A stretch of DNA of 64,000 nucleotides from Escherichia coli (GTDB lineage Bacteria; Pseudomonadota; Gammaproteobacteria; Enterobacterales; Enterobacteriaceae), in the NCBI RefSeq assembly GCF_030013205.1, contig NZ_CP122648.1. One strand, written 5' to 3'. A program made the translations under genes and the position numbers. Below are positions 1-12,110 of this stretch, piece by piece. The notes under the pieces were generated by a model. That model was not told where the DNA came from and made no database searches. It saw only the letters and a program-made list of their open reading frames with translations. Position 1 is the first letter of the stretch. Each line of letters starts with the position of its first letter.

Positions 1-1622
1 AGCAAATCTCTGATGATGTAGTGGCGCTTACCGCGAAATACGGTGGTTTGTTGTGGGGCGAGCACGGCAAAGGTTTTCGCGCCGAATACAGCCCGGCGTT
101 TTTCGGTGAGGAACTTTTTGCAGAACTGCGTAAAGTGAAAGCGGCATTTGACCCGCATAACCGACTCAACCCAGGGAAGATTTGCCCGCCAGAAGGTCTC
201 GATGCACCGATGATGAAAGTGGACGCGGTGAAGCGTGGCACATATGATCGACAGATCCCCATTGCGGTACGCCAGCAGTGGCGTGGTGCGATGGAGTGTA
301 ACGGCAACGGTTTATGCTTCAACTTTGATGCCCGCAGTCCGATGTGCCCGTCGATGAAGATTACCCAGAACCGGATTCATTCACCGAAAGGGCGCGCAAC
401 GCTGGTGCGTGAATGGCTGCGTTTGTTGGCAGATCGCGGTGTTGACCCAGTCAAACTGGAACAAGAGCTGCCTGAATCAGGCGTCAGTTTGCGGACGTTA
501 ATTGCCCGCACGCGCAATAGCTGGCATGCGAATAAAGGCGAATATGACTTCTCCCACGAAGTCAAAGAGGCGATGTCGGGCTGTCTGGCCTGTAAAGCTT
601 GTTCGACCCAGTGCCCAATCAAAATTGACGTGCCTGAGTTTCGTTCTCGCTTTCTGCAACTCTATCACACCCGTTATTTGCGCCCGCTGCGCGACCACCT
701 CGTCGCCACGGTCGAGAGCTACGCACCGCTGATGGCACGCGCGCCGAAAACCTTTAACTTCTTCATTAACCAGCCGCTGGTGCGCAAACTCTCGGAAAAA
801 CATATCGGCATGGTTGATTTGCCGCTGCTGTCGGTCCCCTCGCTACAACAACAAATGGTGGGGCATCGCTCGGCAAACATGACGCTGGAACAGCTTGAAG
901 CTCTCAGTGCAGAGCAGAAAGCGCGCACGGTGCTGGTGGTGCAGGACCCCTTTACCAGCTATTACGATGCGCAAGTGGTGGCGGATTTTGTCCGTCTGGT
1001 CGAAAAATTAGGTTTCCAGCCGGTGTTACTGCCATTTTCGCCAAATGGCAAAGCCCAGCATATCAAAGGCTTTCTTAATCGTTTTGCGAAGACGGCGAAA
1101 AAGACGGCGGATTTCCTCAACCGTGTGGCGAAGCTGGGGATGCCAATGGTGGGCGTCGATCCGGCGCTGGTACTTTGTTATCGCGATGAATATAAACTGG
1201 CGCTGGGCGAGGAACGTGGCGAGTTTAACGTCTTACTGGCGAATGAATGGCTGGCAAGCGCACTTGACTCACAGCCAGTGGCTACAGTCAGCGGTGAATC
1301 ATGGTATTTCTTTGGTCACTGTACCGAAGTTACCGCTTTGCCGGGCGCGCCAGCACAATGGGCCGCGATATTTGCCCGTTTTGGCGCGAAACTGGAAAAT
1401 GTCAGCGTGGGTTGCTGCGGCATGGCAGGGACTTACGGACATGAAGCGAAAAACCATAAAAATTCGCTCGGGATCTATGAGTTATCCTGGCATCAGGCGA
1501 TGCAGCGACTGCCGCGTAACCGCTGTCTGGCGACCGGATATTCCTGCCGTAGTCAGGTCAAACGGGTTGAAGGCACGGGGGTACGCCATCCTGTGCAGGC
1601 TTTACTGGAGATTATTAAATGA
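1..1622 (+). CDS. ydiJ: FAD-linked oxidoreductase YdiJ, C-terminal part (5' end lies outside the window); Cys-rich Fe-S (CCG-like) motifs in the C-terminal half
   Basis: ORF 21..1622 is in frame and open to the window edge; protein recognised as YdiJ C-terminus; followed by menI as in E. coli. Confidence 0.85.
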   Translation, partial: QISDDVVALTAKYGGLLWGEHGKGFRAEYSPAFFGEELFAELRKVKAAFDPHNRLNPGKICPPEGLDAPMMKVDAVKRGTYDRQIPIAVRQQWRGAMECNGNGLCFNFDARSPMCPSMKITQNRIHSPKGRATLVREWLRLLADRGVDPVKLEQELPESGVSLRTLIARTRNSWHANKGEYDFSHEVKEAMSGCLACKACSTQCPIKIDVPEFRSRFLQLYHTRYLRPLRDHLVATVESYAPLMARAPKTFNFFINQPLVRKLSEKHIGMVDLPLLSVPSLQQQMVGHRSANMTLEQLEALSAEQKARTVLVVQDPFTSYYDAQVVADFVRLVEKLGFQPVLLPFSPNGKAQHIKGFLNRFAKTAKKTADFLNRVAKLGMPMVGVDPALVLCYRDEYKLALGEERGEFNVLLANEWLASALDSQPVATVSGESWYFFGHCTEVTALPGAPAQWAAIFARFGAKLENVSVGCCGMAGTYGHEAKNHKNSLGIYELSWHQAMQRLPRNRCLATGYSCRSQVKRVEGTGVRHPVQALLEIIK

Positions 1623-2029
1623 TATGGAAACGAAAAATCACCCTGGAAGCACTGAATGCTATGGGTGAAGGAAACATGGTGGGGTTGCTGGATATTCGCT
1701 TTGAACATATTGGTGATGACACCCTTGAAGCGACAATGCCAGTAGACTCGCGGACAAAGCAGCCTTTCGGGTTGCTGCATGGAGGAGCATCCGTGGTACT
1801 GGCCGAAAGTATCGGTTCCGTTGCCGGTTATTTATGTACCGAAGGTGAGCAAAAAGTGGTTGGTCTGGAAATCAATGCTAACCACGTCCGCTCGGCACGA
1901 GAAGGGCGGGTGCGCGGCGTATGCAAACCGTTGCATCTCGGTTCGCGTCACCAGGTCTGGCAGATTGAAATCTTCGATGAGAAAGGGCGTTTGTGCTGTT
2001 CGTCACGATTAACGACCGCCATTTTGTGA
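1619..2029 (+). CDS. menI: 1,4-dihydroxy-2-naphthoyl-CoA hydrolase (hotdog thioesterase)
   Basis: 136-aa ORF recognised as MenI/YdiI; 4-nt overlap with ydiJ stop. Confidence 0.9.
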   Translation: MIWKRKITLEALNAMGEGNMVGLLDIRFEHIGDDTLEATMPVDSRTKQPFGLLHGGASVVLAESIGSVAGYLCTEGEQKVVGLEINANHVRSAREGRVRGVCKPLHLGSRHQVWQIEIFDEKGRLCCSSRLTTAIL

Positions 2030-2128
2030 CGTTGTCACCAGAAAAGTGTGACGCATATTGCTTTTGGTCATTATCTGCACAGTAAACGGTGGTATACTGT
2101 GCAGGTCTTGTCTAAAAGCGAGGATGCT

Positions 2129-2317
2129 ATGTCTACTCAACTTGATCCCACCCAGCTGGCCATTGAATTTTTACGCCGTGACCAGAGCAATCTTTCACCT
2201 GCCCAATATCTCAAACGTCTGAAACAACTAGAACTTGAATTTGCTGACCTGCTTACTCTCTCTTCTGCTGAATTAAAAGAAGAAATCTACTTTGCCTGGC
2301 GTCTGGGCGTGCATTGA
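2129..2317 (+). CDS. ydiH: small uncharacterised protein YdiH (62 aa)
   Basis: Internal ATG of ORF 2048..2317 gives the 62-aa product MSTQLDPTQL...; position between menI and sufA. Confidence 0.75.
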   Translation: MSTQLDPTQLAIEFLRRDQSNLSPAQYLKRLKQLELEFADLLTLSSAELKEEIYFAWRLGVH

Positions 2318-2499
2318 TTCTGACTTAATGCCGCAATTTCGCCAAATCGACCTGGATTAACCTCCGTCCAGGTTCGATAACCTTCTTAATACTGCTTATC
2401 TACCCGCCTGATATTGTTCAAAAATAATACTAATCGCAGTTTGTGTTAAAACGGCGGGTTAGCTTTATGAGATTATTCTTATCGCCCCTTCAAGAGCTA

Positions 2500-2580
2500 A
2501 GCCACTGAGAGTGCCGGAGATAAGCGCCGGATGGGGTAGAAACCCTTAAGCCTGTGTCGCACAGACTTAAGGGTTTTCTT
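2500..2580 (+). ncRNA. rydB: candidate small RNA (possibly RydB) ending in a hairpin plus T-rich tract
   Basis: Hairpin AACCCTTAAG-loop-CTTAAGGGTT followed by TTCTTATTTCT between ydiH and sufA; RydB is remembered to map in this intergenic region, exact ends not verified. Confidence 0.3.
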
Positions 2581-2670
2581 ATTTCTGAACGCTGCACTTT
2601 TTTACCTATCTCTTAAATAGTCATTTTCAATACAACTTTTTCTTTTTCATCACAGCCTTAATGCTCCTTA

Positions 2671-2686
2671 GATAATAATCATTATC
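2671..2686. promoter_or_regulatory. Fur-box-like motif GATAATAATCATTATC about 195 bp upstream of sufA (could instead fall in the IHF/OxyR region of the suf promoter)
   Basis: Close match to Fur consensus GATAATGATAATCATTATC; near-duplicate of the proximal site. Confidence 0.35.
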
Positions 2687-2806
2687 TAACAATGAGATAC
2701 CTAATTCTTAGCGTGCCTGTTAACCCACACATCAGGGTCTATGCTTATTAAAAGCAGGAAAAAAGCATGTTTTACGGTAAAGCCCCTGCGTTTGCTGGGT
2801 TGAACT

Positions 2807-2819
2807 GATAATCATTATC
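2807..2819. promoter_or_regulatory. Fur box in the sufA promoter
   Basis: GATAATCATTATC about 50 bp upstream of the sufA start; suf operon is known to be Fur-repressed. Confidence 0.6.
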
Positions 2820-2865
2820 ACTAACATGCTGTTATACGCTGAAAGCGATGAAGTGAGGTAAATCG

Positions 2866-3234
2866 ATGGACATGCATTCAGGAACCTTTAATCCACAGGA
2901 TTTCGCCTGGCAGGGCTTAACGCTGACACCCGCAGCCGCTGTCCACATACGCGAGCTGGTGGCAAAGCAGCCGGGTATGGTCGGCGTGCGCTTAGGCGTG
3001 AAGCAAACGGGCTGCGCGGGCTTTGGCTATGTGCTCGACAGTGTTAGCGAGCCGGACAAAGACGATCTGCTGTTTGAACACGACGGCGCGAAGCTGTTTG
3101 TCCCGCTGCAAGCGATGCCGTTTATTGATGGCACGGAAGTCGATTTCGTTCGTGAAGGACTTAATCAGATATTCAAATTTCACAACCCTAAAGCCCAGAA
3201 TGAATGTGGCTGTGGCGAAAGCTTTGGGGTATAG
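2866..3234 (+). CDS. sufA: Fe-S cluster assembly A-type carrier SufA
   Basis: 122-aa ORF, C-terminal CGCGESF motif, first gene of the suf cluster. Confidence 0.95.
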   Translation: MDMHSGTFNPQDFAWQGLTLTPAAAVHIRELVAKQPGMVGVRLGVKQTGCAGFGYVLDSVSEPDKDDLLFEHDGAKLFVPLQAMPFIDGTEVDFVREGLNQIFKFHNPKAQNECGCGESFGV

Positions 3235-3242
3235 GCGGTACT

Positions 3243-4730
3243 ATGTCTCGTAATACTGAAGCAACTGACGATGTCAAAACCTGGACCGGCGGCCCACTGA
3301 ATTATAAAGAAGGATTCTTCACCCAGTTAGCCACCGATGAGCTGGCAAAGGGGATAAACGAAGAGGTGGTGCGCGCAATTTCGGCGAAGCGTAATGAGCC
3401 GGAGTGGATGCTGGAGTTTCGTCTCAACGCCTATCGCGCATGGCTGGAGATGGAAGAACCGCACTGGTTGAAAGCGCACTACGACAAGCTGAATTATCAG
3501 GATTACAGCTACTACTCAGCACCATCGTGCGGTAATTGTGACGACAACTGCGCGTCTGAACCCGGCGTGGTGCAGCAAACTGGCGCGAACGCCTTTTTAA
3601 GTAAAGAGGTGGAGGCGGCGTTTGAGCAGTTGGGCGTTCCCGTGCGGGAAGGCAAAGAGGTGGCGGTGGATGCCATTTTCGACTCTGTTTCGGTTGCCAC
3701 CACTTATCGCGAAAAACTGGCGGAGCAGGGAATTATTTTCTGTTCCTTTGGCGAGGCGATCCACGATCACCCGGAACTGGTGCGTAAATATCTCGGCACC
3801 GTGGTGCCGGGGAATGACAACTTCTTTGCCGCACTTAATGCGGCGGTAGCCTCTGACGGTACGTTTATTTATGTGCCTAAAGGCGTGCGCTGCCCGATGG
3901 AACTTTCCACCTATTTTCGTATTAACGCGGAAAAAACCGGGCAGTTTGAGCGCACCATTCTGGTGGCCGACGAAGACAGCTACGTTAGCTACATTGAAGG
4001 CTGTTCCGCTCCGGTGCGTGACAGCTATCAGTTACACGCGGCGGTGGTGGAAGTCATCATCCATAAAAACGCCGAGGTGAAATATTCCACGGTACAAAAC
4101 TGGTTCCCTGGCGATAACAACACCGGCGGTATTCTCAACTTCGTCACCAAGCGTGCTTTGTGCGAAGGCGAAAACAGCAAAATGTCATGGACGCAATCAG
4201 AAACCGGGTCAGCGATTACGTGGAAATATCCCAGCTGTATTTTGCGCGGCGATAACTCCATTGGTGAGTTTTACTCAGTGGCGCTGACCAGCGGTCATCA
4301 GCAAGCGGATACCGGCACCAAGATGATCCACATCGGTAAAAACACTAAATCGACCATTATCTCGAAAGGGATCTCTGCCGGACATAGTCAGAACAGTTAT
4401 CGCGGCTTAGTGAAAATCATGCCGACGGCAACCAATGCGCGCAATTTCACTCAGTGCGACTCAATGCTGATTGGCGCTAATTGTGGGGCGCATACCTTCC
4501 CGTATGTCGAATGTCGCAATAACAGCGCACAACTGGAGCACGAGGCAACGACATCACGTATTGGTGAAGATCAACTGTTTTACTGCCTGCAACGCGGGAT
4601 CAGCGAAGAAGACGCCATCTCGATGATTGTTAACGGTTTCTGCAAAGACGTGTTCTCAGAACTGCCGCTGGAATTTGCCGTTGAAGCACAAAAACTCCTC
4701 GCCATCAGTCTTGAACACAGCGTCGGATAA
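3243..4730 (+). CDS. sufB: Fe-S cluster assembly scaffold SufB
   Basis: ORF 3204..4730; internal start [10 protein letters not shown] gives the 495-aa SufB. Confidence 0.95.
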   Translation: MSRNTEATDDVKTWTGGPLNYKEGFFTQLATDELAKGINEEVVRAISAKRNEPEWMLEFRLNAYRAWLEMEEPHWLKAHYDKLNYQDYSYYSAPSCGNCDDNCASEPGVVQQTGANAFLSKEVEAAFEQLGVPVREGKEVAVDAIFDSVSVATTYREKLAEQGIIFCSFGEAIHDHPELVRKYLGTVVPGNDNFFAALNAAVASDGTFIYVPKGVRCPMELSTYFRINAEKTGQFERTILVADEDSYVSYIEGCSAPVRDSYQLHAAVVEVIIHKNAEVKYSTVQNWFPGDNNTGGILNFVTKRALCEGENSKMSWTQSETGSAITWKYPSCILRGDNSIGEFYSVALTSGHQQADTGTKMIHIGKNTKSTIISKGISAGHSQNSYRGLVKIMPTATNARNFTQCDSMLIGANCGAHTFPYVECRNNSAQLEHEATTSRIGEDQLFYCLQRGISEEDAISMIVNGFCKDVFSELPLEFAVEAQKLLAISLEHSVG

Positions 4731-4739
4731 GGAATAAAC

Positions 4740-5486
4740 ATGTTAAGTATTAAAGATTTACACGTCAGCGTGGAAGATAAAGCTATCCTGCGTGGATTAA
4801 GCCTCGACGTTCGTCCCGGCGAAGTTCACGCCATTATGGGGCCAAACGGTTCTGGCAAAAGTACCTTATCGGCAACGCTTGCCGGGCGAGAAGATTATGA
4901 GGTGACGGGCGGCACGGTTGAGTTCAAAGGCAAAGATTTGCTTGCGCTGTCGCCGGAAGATCGTGCAGGTGAAGGCATCTTTATGGCCTTCCAGTATCCG
5001 GTGGAAATTCCCGGCGTCAGTAACCAGTTTTTCCTGCAAACGGCACTTAATGCGGTGCGCAGCTATCGCGGCCAGGAAACGCTCGACCGCTTTGATTTTC
5101 AGGATTTGATGGAAGAGAAAATCGCTCTCCTGAAGATGCCGGAAGATTTATTAACCCGTTCGGTAAACGTTGGTTTTTCCGGCGGCGAGAAAAAGCGCAA
5201 CGATATTTTGCAAATGGCGGTGCTGGAACCGGAGTTATGTATTCTTGATGAGTCGGACTCCGGGCTGGATATTGACGCATTAAAAGTGGTTGCCGATGGC
5301 GTGAACTCGCTGCGTGACGGCAAGCGCTCATTCATCATTGTTACGCACTACCAACGCATTCTCGACTACATCAAGCCTGATTACGTCCATGTACTATATC
5401 AGGGACGAATTGTGAAATCCGGCGATTTCACGTTGGTCAAACAACTGGAGGAGCAGGGTTATGGCTGGCTTACCGAACAGCAGTAA
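4740..5486 (+). CDS. sufC: Fe-S cluster assembly ATPase SufC
   Basis: 248 aa with Walker A GPNGSGKST and ABC signature. Confidence 0.95.
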   Translation: MLSIKDLHVSVEDKAILRGLSLDVRPGEVHAIMGPNGSGKSTLSATLAGREDYEVTGGTVEFKGKDLLALSPEDRAGEGIFMAFQYPVEIPGVSNQFFLQTALNAVRSYRGQETLDRFDFQDLMEEKIALLKMPEDLLTRSVNVGFSGGEKKRNDILQMAVLEPELCILDESDSGLDIDALKVVADGVNSLRDGKRSFIIVTHYQRILDYIKPDYVHVLYQGRIVKSGDFTLVKQLEEQGYGWLTEQQ

Positions 5487-6732
5487 CGCGCTGCAACAGT
5501 GGCATCACTTGTTTGAAGCTGAAGGGACAAAACGCTCACCGCAAGCACAGCAGCATTTACAACAATTGCTGCGTACCGGACTGCCGACACGGAAACATGA
5601 AAACTGGAAATATACGCCGCTGGAAGGGCTGACCAATAGCCAGTTTGTCAGCATTGCGGGAGAGATATCCCCACAGCAGCGTGATGCCTTAGCGTTAACG
5701 TTAGACGCCGTGCGGCTGGTGTTTGTTGATGGACGTTACGTGCCCGCGCTGAGCGATGCAACTGAAGGCAGCGGATATGAAGTGAGCATTAACGACGACC
5801 GTCAGGGGTTACCCGACGCTATTCAGGCGGAAGTGTTTCTGCATTTGACGGAAAGCCTGGCACAAAGCGTGACGCATATCGCCGTGAAGCGCGGTCAACG
5901 ACCGGCAAAGCGATTGCTGTTAATGCATATAACCCAGGGCGTGGCAGGTGAAGAGGTGAACACTGCCCATTACCGACATCATCTGGATCTGGCGGAAGGT
6001 GCCGAAGCAACGGTGATCGAACATTTTGTCAGCCTTAATGATGCTCGTCATTTTACTGGGGCACGGTTCACTATCAATGTCGCAGCGAACGCCCACTTGC
6101 AGCATATCAAGCTGGCGTTTGAAAACCCGCTCAGTCACCACTTTGCCCATAACGATTTGTTGCTGGCAGACGATGCCACCGCATTTAGCCACAGTTTCCT
6201 GCTGGGTGGCGCAGTGTTACGACACAACACCAGTTCGCAACTCAATGGCGAAAACAGCACGCTGCGGATCAATAGCCTGGCGATGCCGGTGAAAAACGAG
6301 GTGTGTGATACCCGTACCTGGCTGGAACACAATAAAGGTTTTTGTAACAGCCGACAGTTGCACAAAACTATCGTCAGCGACAAAGGCCGCGCGGTATTTA
6401 ACGGTTTGATCAACGTCGCGCAGCACGCCATCAAAACGGATGGTCAGATGACCAACAATAATCTGCTGATGGGCAAACTGGCGGAAGTGGATACGAAACC
6501 ACAGCTGGAAATCTATGCAGATGATGTGAAATGCAGCCACGGCGCGACGGTGGGGCGTATTGATGACGAACAGATGTTTTATCTGCGCTCGCGCGGGATC
6601 AATCAGCAAGATGCCCAGCAGATGATCATCTACGCCTTTGCTGCTGAACTGACGGAAGCACTGCGTGATGAGGGGCTTAAACAGCAGGTGCTGGCCCGAA
6701 TCGGTCAACGACTGCCAGGAGGTGCAAGATGA
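5461..6732 (+). CDS. sufD: Fe-S cluster assembly protein SufD
   Basis: 423 aa; overlaps sufC by 26 nt (translational coupling). Confidence 0.95.
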   Translation: MAGLPNSSNALQQWHHLFEAEGTKRSPQAQQHLQQLLRTGLPTRKHENWKYTPLEGLTNSQFVSIAGEISPQQRDALALTLDAVRLVFVDGRYVPALSDATEGSGYEVSINDDRQGLPDAIQAEVFLHLTESLAQSVTHIAVKRGQRPAKRLLLMHITQGVAGEEVNTAHYRHHLDLAEGAEATVIEHFVSLNDARHFTGARFTINVAANAHLQHIKLAFENPLSHHFAHNDLLLADDATAFSHSFLLGGAVLRHNTSSQLNGENSTLRINSLAMPVKNEVCDTRTWLEHNKGFCNSRQLHKTIVSDKGRAVFNGLINVAQHAIKTDGQMTNNNLLMGKLAEVDTKPQLEIYADDVKCSHGATVGRIDDEQMFYLRSRGINQQDAQQMIIYAFAAELTEALRDEGLKQQVLARIGQRLPGGAR

Positions 6733-7949
6733 CTTTTTCCGTCGACAAAGTGCGGGCCGACTTTCCGGTGCTTTCTCGTGAGGTAAACGGTTTGCCGCTG
6801 GCTTATCTCGACAGCGCCGCCAGTGCGCAGAAACCGAGCCAGGTAATTGACGCCGAGGCCGAGTTTTATCGTCACGGCTACGCCGCGGTGCATCGCGGTA
6901 TTCATACCTTAAGCGCCCAGGCGACCGAGAAAATGGAGAACGTGCGCAAGCGGGCATCGCTGTTTATTAATGCCCGTTCGGCGGAAGAGCTGGTGTTCGT
7001 CCGCGGCACGACGGAAGGGATCAATCTGGTCGCCAATAGCTGGGGCAACAGCAATGTGCGGGCGGGCGATAACATCATCATCAGTCAGATGGAGCACCAC
7101 GCTAACATTGTCCCCTGGCAGATGCTTTGCGCACGCGTTGGCGCAGAGCTGCGTGTGATCCCGCTCAATCCCGACGGTACGTTGCAACTGGAGACGCTAC
7201 CTACGCTGTTTGATGAGAAAACTCGCCTGCTGGCAATTACTCATGTCTCCAACGTGCTGGGAACGGAAAATCCGCTGGCGGAAATGATCACGCTTGCGCA
7301 TCAGCATGGCGCAAAAGTACTGGTGGATGGCGCTCAGGCGGTGATGCATCATCCGGTGGACGTTCAGGCGCTGGATTGCGATTTTTACGTGTTCTCCGGG
7401 CATAAACTGTATGGCCCCACTGGGATTGGCATTCTTTATGTCAAAGAAGCCTTGCTACAGGAGATGCCGCCGTGGGAAGGGGGCGGTTCTATGATCGCCA
7501 CCGTCAGCCTGAGTGAAGGCACTACCTGGACCAAAGCACCATGGCGGTTTGAAGCCGGTACACCCAATACCGGGGGCATCATTGGTCTTGGCGCGGCGCT
7601 GGAGTATGTGTCGGCGCTGGGGCTTAATAACATAGCCGAGTATGAACAGAATCTGATGCACTACGCGCTATCACAGCTGGAATCTGTACCGGATCTCACT
7701 CTCTATGGCCCGCAGAACAGGCTTGGCGTTATTGCTTTTAATCTCGGTAAACACCACGCCTATGATGTTGGCAGTTTTCTCGATAACTACGGCATTGCTG
7801 TGCGTACCGGACATCACTGCGCTATGCCATTAATGGCCTATTACAACGTTCCTGCTATGTGTCGGGCGTCGCTGGCCATGTATAACACCCATGAAGAAGT
7901 GGATCGTCTGGTGACCGGCCTGCAACGAATTCACCGTTTGCTGGGATAA
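6729..7949 (+). CDS. sufS: cysteine desulfurase SufS (PLP-dependent)
   Basis: 406 aa with PLP-lysine motif SGHKLYGP; 4-nt overlap with sufD. Confidence 0.95.
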   Translation: MTFSVDKVRADFPVLSREVNGLPLAYLDSAASAQKPSQVIDAEAEFYRHGYAAVHRGIHTLSAQATEKMENVRKRASLFINARSAEELVFVRGTTEGINLVANSWGNSNVRAGDNIIISQMEHHANIVPWQMLCARVGAELRVIPLNPDGTLQLETLPTLFDEKTRLLAITHVSNVLGTENPLAEMITLAHQHGAKVLVDGAQAVMHHPVDVQALDCDFYVFSGHKLYGPTGIGILYVKEALLQEMPPWEGGGSMIATVSLSEGTTWTKAPWRFEAGTPNTGGIIGLGAALEYVSALGLNNIAEYEQNLMHYALSQLESVPDLTLYGPQNRLGVIAFNLGKHHAYDVGSFLDNYGIAVRTGHHCAMPLMAYYNVPAMCRASLAMYNTHEEVDRLVTGLQRIHRLLG

Positions 7950-7961
7950 CAGGGAGGCACT

Positions 7962-8378
7962 ATGGCTTTATTGCCGGATAAAGAAAAATTGCTGCGTAAT
8001 TTTTTACGCTGCGCCAACTGGGAAGAGAAATATCTCTACATTATTGAGCTGGGCCAGCGTCTGCCAGAATTACGCGACGAAGACCGAAGCCCACAAAATA
8101 GCATTCAGGGTTGCCAGAGTCAGGTGTGGATTGTGATGCGTCAGAATGCCCAGGGAATTATTGAATTACAGGGCGACAGCGATGCGGCGATTGTGAAAGG
8201 GCTTATTGCGGTCGTCTTTATTCTCTATGATCAAATGACGCCGCAGGATATTGTCAATTTCGATGTGCGTCCGTGGTTTGAAAAAATGGCGCTCACCCAA
8301 CATCTCACCCCATCTCGTTCACAAGGTCTGGAAGCGATGATTCGCGCAATTCGCGCCAAAGCCGCTGCACTTAGCTAA
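7962..8378 (+). CDS. sufE: sulfur acceptor SufE
   Basis: 138 aa; last gene of the suf cluster. Confidence 0.95.
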
Positions 8379-8526
8379 ACTAAAGGGACAGCTTTCATCC
8401 GGTTGGCTCACATTGCCGGATGGTCAATGTTTACACTGACCTGCACAGGAGTGTTTCGGTTTCAGGTGAACATAAGTGCCATCCGACGTTTCAGCGTGAG
8501 TCTCCGGCAAATACAGGAGGTTTACA

Positions 8527-9531
8527 ATGAAACGCGCGTCTTTGCTTACACTCACGCTTATCGGCGCTTTTAGCGCCATCCAGGCTGCCTGGGCGGTTGA
8601 TTATCCGCTACCTCCAACCGGAAGCCGACTGGTTGGGCAAAATCAAACGTATACGGTGCAAGAAGGGGATAAAAACCTTCAGGCCATCGCCCGACGTTTT
8701 GATACTGCGGCAATGTTGATCCTTGAAGCCAATAACACTATCGCCCCGGTGCCAAAACCTGGTACGACGATAACTATTCCTTCGCAACTGTTATTACCTG
8801 ATGCGCCGCGTCAGGGGATTATCGTTAACCTGGCAGAGCTGCGCCTTTATTATTATCCGCCGGGAGAAAATATCGTGCAGGTCTATCCGATAGGTATTGG
8901 TTTGCAGGGGCTGGAAACGCCAGTGATGGAAACGCGTGTGGGGCAGAAAATCCCTAACCCAACCTGGACGCCTACGGCGGGCATTCGTCAGCGTTCGTTG
9001 GAGCGTGGCATTAAATTACCGCCAGTCGTTCCTGCCGGGCCAAATAACCCACTAGGACGTTACGCACTGCGCCTCGCGCATGGTAATGGCGAATACCTCA
9101 TTCATGGCACCAGTGCGCAGGACAGCGTCGGTTTGCGCGTCAGTTCGGGCTGTATTCGCATGAATGCGCCGGATATTAAAGCCTTATTCTCCAGCGTGCG
9201 GACGGGAACGCCGGTGAAAGTGATCAACGAACCGGTGAAATATTCCGTGGAACCGAACGGGATGCGTTATGTTGAAGTACATCGACCACTATCAGCAGAA
9301 GAACAGCAGAACGTTCAGACAATGCCATACACACTGCCAGCAGGCTTTACGCAATTTAAAGACAATAAGGGTGTAGATCAGAAATTAGTCGATAAAGCGT
9401 TGTATCGTCGGGCAGGGTATCCGGTTGCGGTGAGCAGTGGAGCAACTCCCGCAGCCAGCAATGCGCCTTCAGTAGAGTCAGCGCAGAATGGTGAACCAGA
9501 GCAAGGGAATATGTTACGCGCGACGCAGTAG
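8527..9531 (+). CDS. ldtE: L,D-transpeptidase LdtE (YnhG) with LysM and YkuD domains
   Basis: 334 aa, signal peptide, catalytic HGT...SSGCIRM motif. Confidence 0.9.
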   Translation: MKRASLLTLTLIGAFSAIQAAWAVDYPLPPTGSRLVGQNQTYTVQEGDKNLQAIARRFDTAAMLILEANNTIAPVPKPGTTITIPSQLLLPDAPRQGIIVNLAELRLYYYPPGENIVQVYPIGIGLQGLETPVMETRVGQKIPNPTWTPTAGIRQRSLERGIKLPPVVPAGPNNPLGRYALRLAHGNGEYLIHGTSAQDSVGLRVSSGCIRMNAPDIKALFSSVRTGTPVKVINEPVKYSVEPNGMRYVEVHRPLSAEEQQNVQTMPYTLPAGFTQFKDNKGVDQKLVDKALYRRAGYPVAVSSGATPAASNAPSVESAQNGEPEQGNMLRATQ

Positions 9532-9544
9532 CGGTAAATGGCAG

Positions 9545-9580
9545 GCAAAAAAAATGGCGCACAATGTGCGCCATTTTTCA
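9545..9580. terminator. bidirectional intrinsic terminator shared by convergent ldtE (+) and lpp (-)
   Basis: Palindrome TGGCGCACA/ATGTGCGCCA flanked by an A8 run upstream and T5 downstream. Confidence 0.8.
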
Positions 9581-9594
9581 CTTCACAGGTACTA

Positions 9595-9843
<249 letters not shown>

Positions 9844-10083
9844 CTAGATTGAGTTAATCTCCATGTAGCGTTACAAGTATTACACAAACTTTTTTATGTT
9901 GAGAATATTTTTTTGATGGGAAGGCACTTATTTTTGATCGTTCGCTCAAAGAAGCATCGAACGCTGGGTTTTAGATAAAAAAATTGAGAGAAAACAGGAT
10001 GCTTCCATCGGATTCATCTTAGATAAAGTGAGATTATATAGTGAAATCCGATTTGATTTTTTATTGCTTCTGGTTATCGATTA

Positions 10084-10109
10084 AATAAAAAAAGCGCCCA
10101 TCAGGGCGC
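10084..10109 (-). terminator. intrinsic terminator of pykF
   Basis: Hairpin AGCGCCC-ATCA-GGGCGCT followed on the minus strand by a T8 run, about 30 bp after the pykF stop. Confidence 0.8.
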
Positions 10110-10141
10110 TTCGATATACAAATTAATTCACAAAAGCAATA

Positions 10142-11554
10142 TTACAGGACGTGAACAGATGCTGTGTTAGTAGTGCCGCTCGGTACCAGTGCACCAGAAA
10201 CCATAACTACAACGTCACCTTTGTGTGCCAGACCGCTCTGCAGAGCCAGTTCTTTACCCAGACGGTAGAAATCATCAGTAGAAGTGATCTCTTTAACCAG
10301 TTGCGGTACAACGCCTTTGCTCAGTACCAACTGATGAGCCGTTTTTTCGTTGGTGGTCAGTGCCAGGATGGTGGCATCCGGGAAGTATTTACGTACTGCG
10401 CGAGCAGATTTACCGCCCTGGGTAGCAACCACGATCAGCGGGGCATCCAGTTTTTCAGCAGTTTCAACGGCACCACGGCATACCGCTTCGGTAATGCGCA
10501 GTTTACGGTTGTCATTGTTGAACTCGAGACGGCTGTTCATCACGCGGTCGGTACGTTCGCAGATGGTCGCCATGATAGAAACCGCTTCCAGCGGGTATTT
10601 ACCTTTTGCGGATTCACCAGACAGCATCACTGCGTCAGTACCGTCGAGGATGGCGTTTGCAACGTCACCGGCTTCTGCGCGAGTCGGGCGTGGGTTTTTG
10701 ATCATGGAATCCAGCATCTGGGTCGCAGTGATAACGACTTTACGTGCACGGATACATTTTTCGATCATCATCTTCTGGGCGAAGATAACTTCTTCTACCG
10801 GGATTTCTACACCCAGGTCGCCACGCGCAACCATGATGCCGTCAGAGGCTTCGAGGATTTCGTCGAAGTTGTTGAGGCCTTCCTGGTTTTCGATTTTGGA
10901 GATGATGTGGATGTTTTCGCCGCCGTGCGCTTTCAGGTGCTCACGGATTTCGATAACGTCAGAACGCTTACGAATAAAGGAAGCAGCGACAAAGTCTACG
11001 CCTTGTTCGCAACCAAAGATCAGGTCCTGTTTGTCTTTTTCAGCCAGTGCTGGCAGGGCAATGGAAACGCCAGGCAGGTTCACACCTTTGTTTTCACCCA
11101 GGTCGCCGTTGTTCAGCACTTTACAGATAACTTTGTTACCTTCAATGGCAGTAACTTCCATACCGATCAGACCATCGTCAACCAGTACGGTGTTGCCAAC
11201 AGACAGGTCAGTTGTGAAACCTTCATACGTTACCGCAACCATTTCGCTGTTGCCGATAACAGATTTATCAGTGGTGAAAGTAAAGGTCTGACCCGCTTTC
11301 AGAGAAACGTCGTTACCGCCTTCCAGTTTCATGGTGCGGATTTCCGGACCTTTGGTATCAAGCAGGATAGCGGCGGTTTTACCAGTTTTGCTCATCACGT
11401 TGCGCAGATTCTGAATGCGCTGACCGTGTTCTGCATAGTCACCATGAGAGAAGTTCAGACGCATAACGTTCATGCCAGCGTCCAGCATTTTAGCTAACAT
11501 CTCTTCAGATTCGGTTTTCGGTCCGATGGTGCAAACAATTTTGGTCTTTTTCAT
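10142..11554 (-). CDS. pykF: pyruvate kinase I
   Basis: ORF 10142..11770; internal start [19 protein letters not shown] gives the 470-aa PykF. Confidence 0.97.
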
Positions 11555-12110
11555 GACAGTCTTAGTCTTTAAGTTGAGAAGGATGGGAGAAACTTGCTTT
11601 CTGGGCGCACTGCCGGAAAGCGAATCCGGTATTACGAAAGTGGTGGTGCCTCGCTCTAAGGATAGGTGACATCGAAAAAGCGTGCAGAGGAATGTGTGCT
11701 TGTGTCTCAGCCCAACGTGAGTGCCTGTTTTTGAGTCGTTGAGTTCTACAGTCCAAAGTGCTGAAACCATTCAAGAGTCAATTGGCGCGCATTATACGCT
11801 GAAATTAATCCAAAAGGAAAACAAAAACAGCGTTTCAAAAAATATACAACTTGTTAGACAATAAATTGTTATCAAAGATTTAACGTTCCAGGGAAAAGGT
11901 TACGCAAAAACTTCGCTGTTTGCGCAACGTCTGGTGCCGGGGTTGTCACTGTGAAGATAAGTGAAAGTTCATCCGGTGTATAAATACATCATCGCTCAAT
12001 TGCTACAGTTAAAATAATTTATCGCGTTATTTGTCTGATTTTGTTTGATTTTTGTCTAATTGGTTAGATTGATATATGCTGATAGTTGGCATGATAAATA
12101 GGTATAAAGA

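Noticed and set aside
1045-1668. Alternative-frame ORFs overlapping ydiJ (207 aa) and many other embedded or antisense ORFs of 60-130 aa throughout the track
   Set aside because: They are nested in or antisense to confidently identified genes and have no start context or recognisable product; treated as noise
10151-11497. Long antisense ORFs (448 aa and 313 aa) on the plus strand opposite pykF
   Set aside because: They lie entirely within the well-supported pykF CDS on the other strand; the translations are low-complexity and unlike any known protein; stop-poor antisense frames are typical of highly expressed, codon-biased genes
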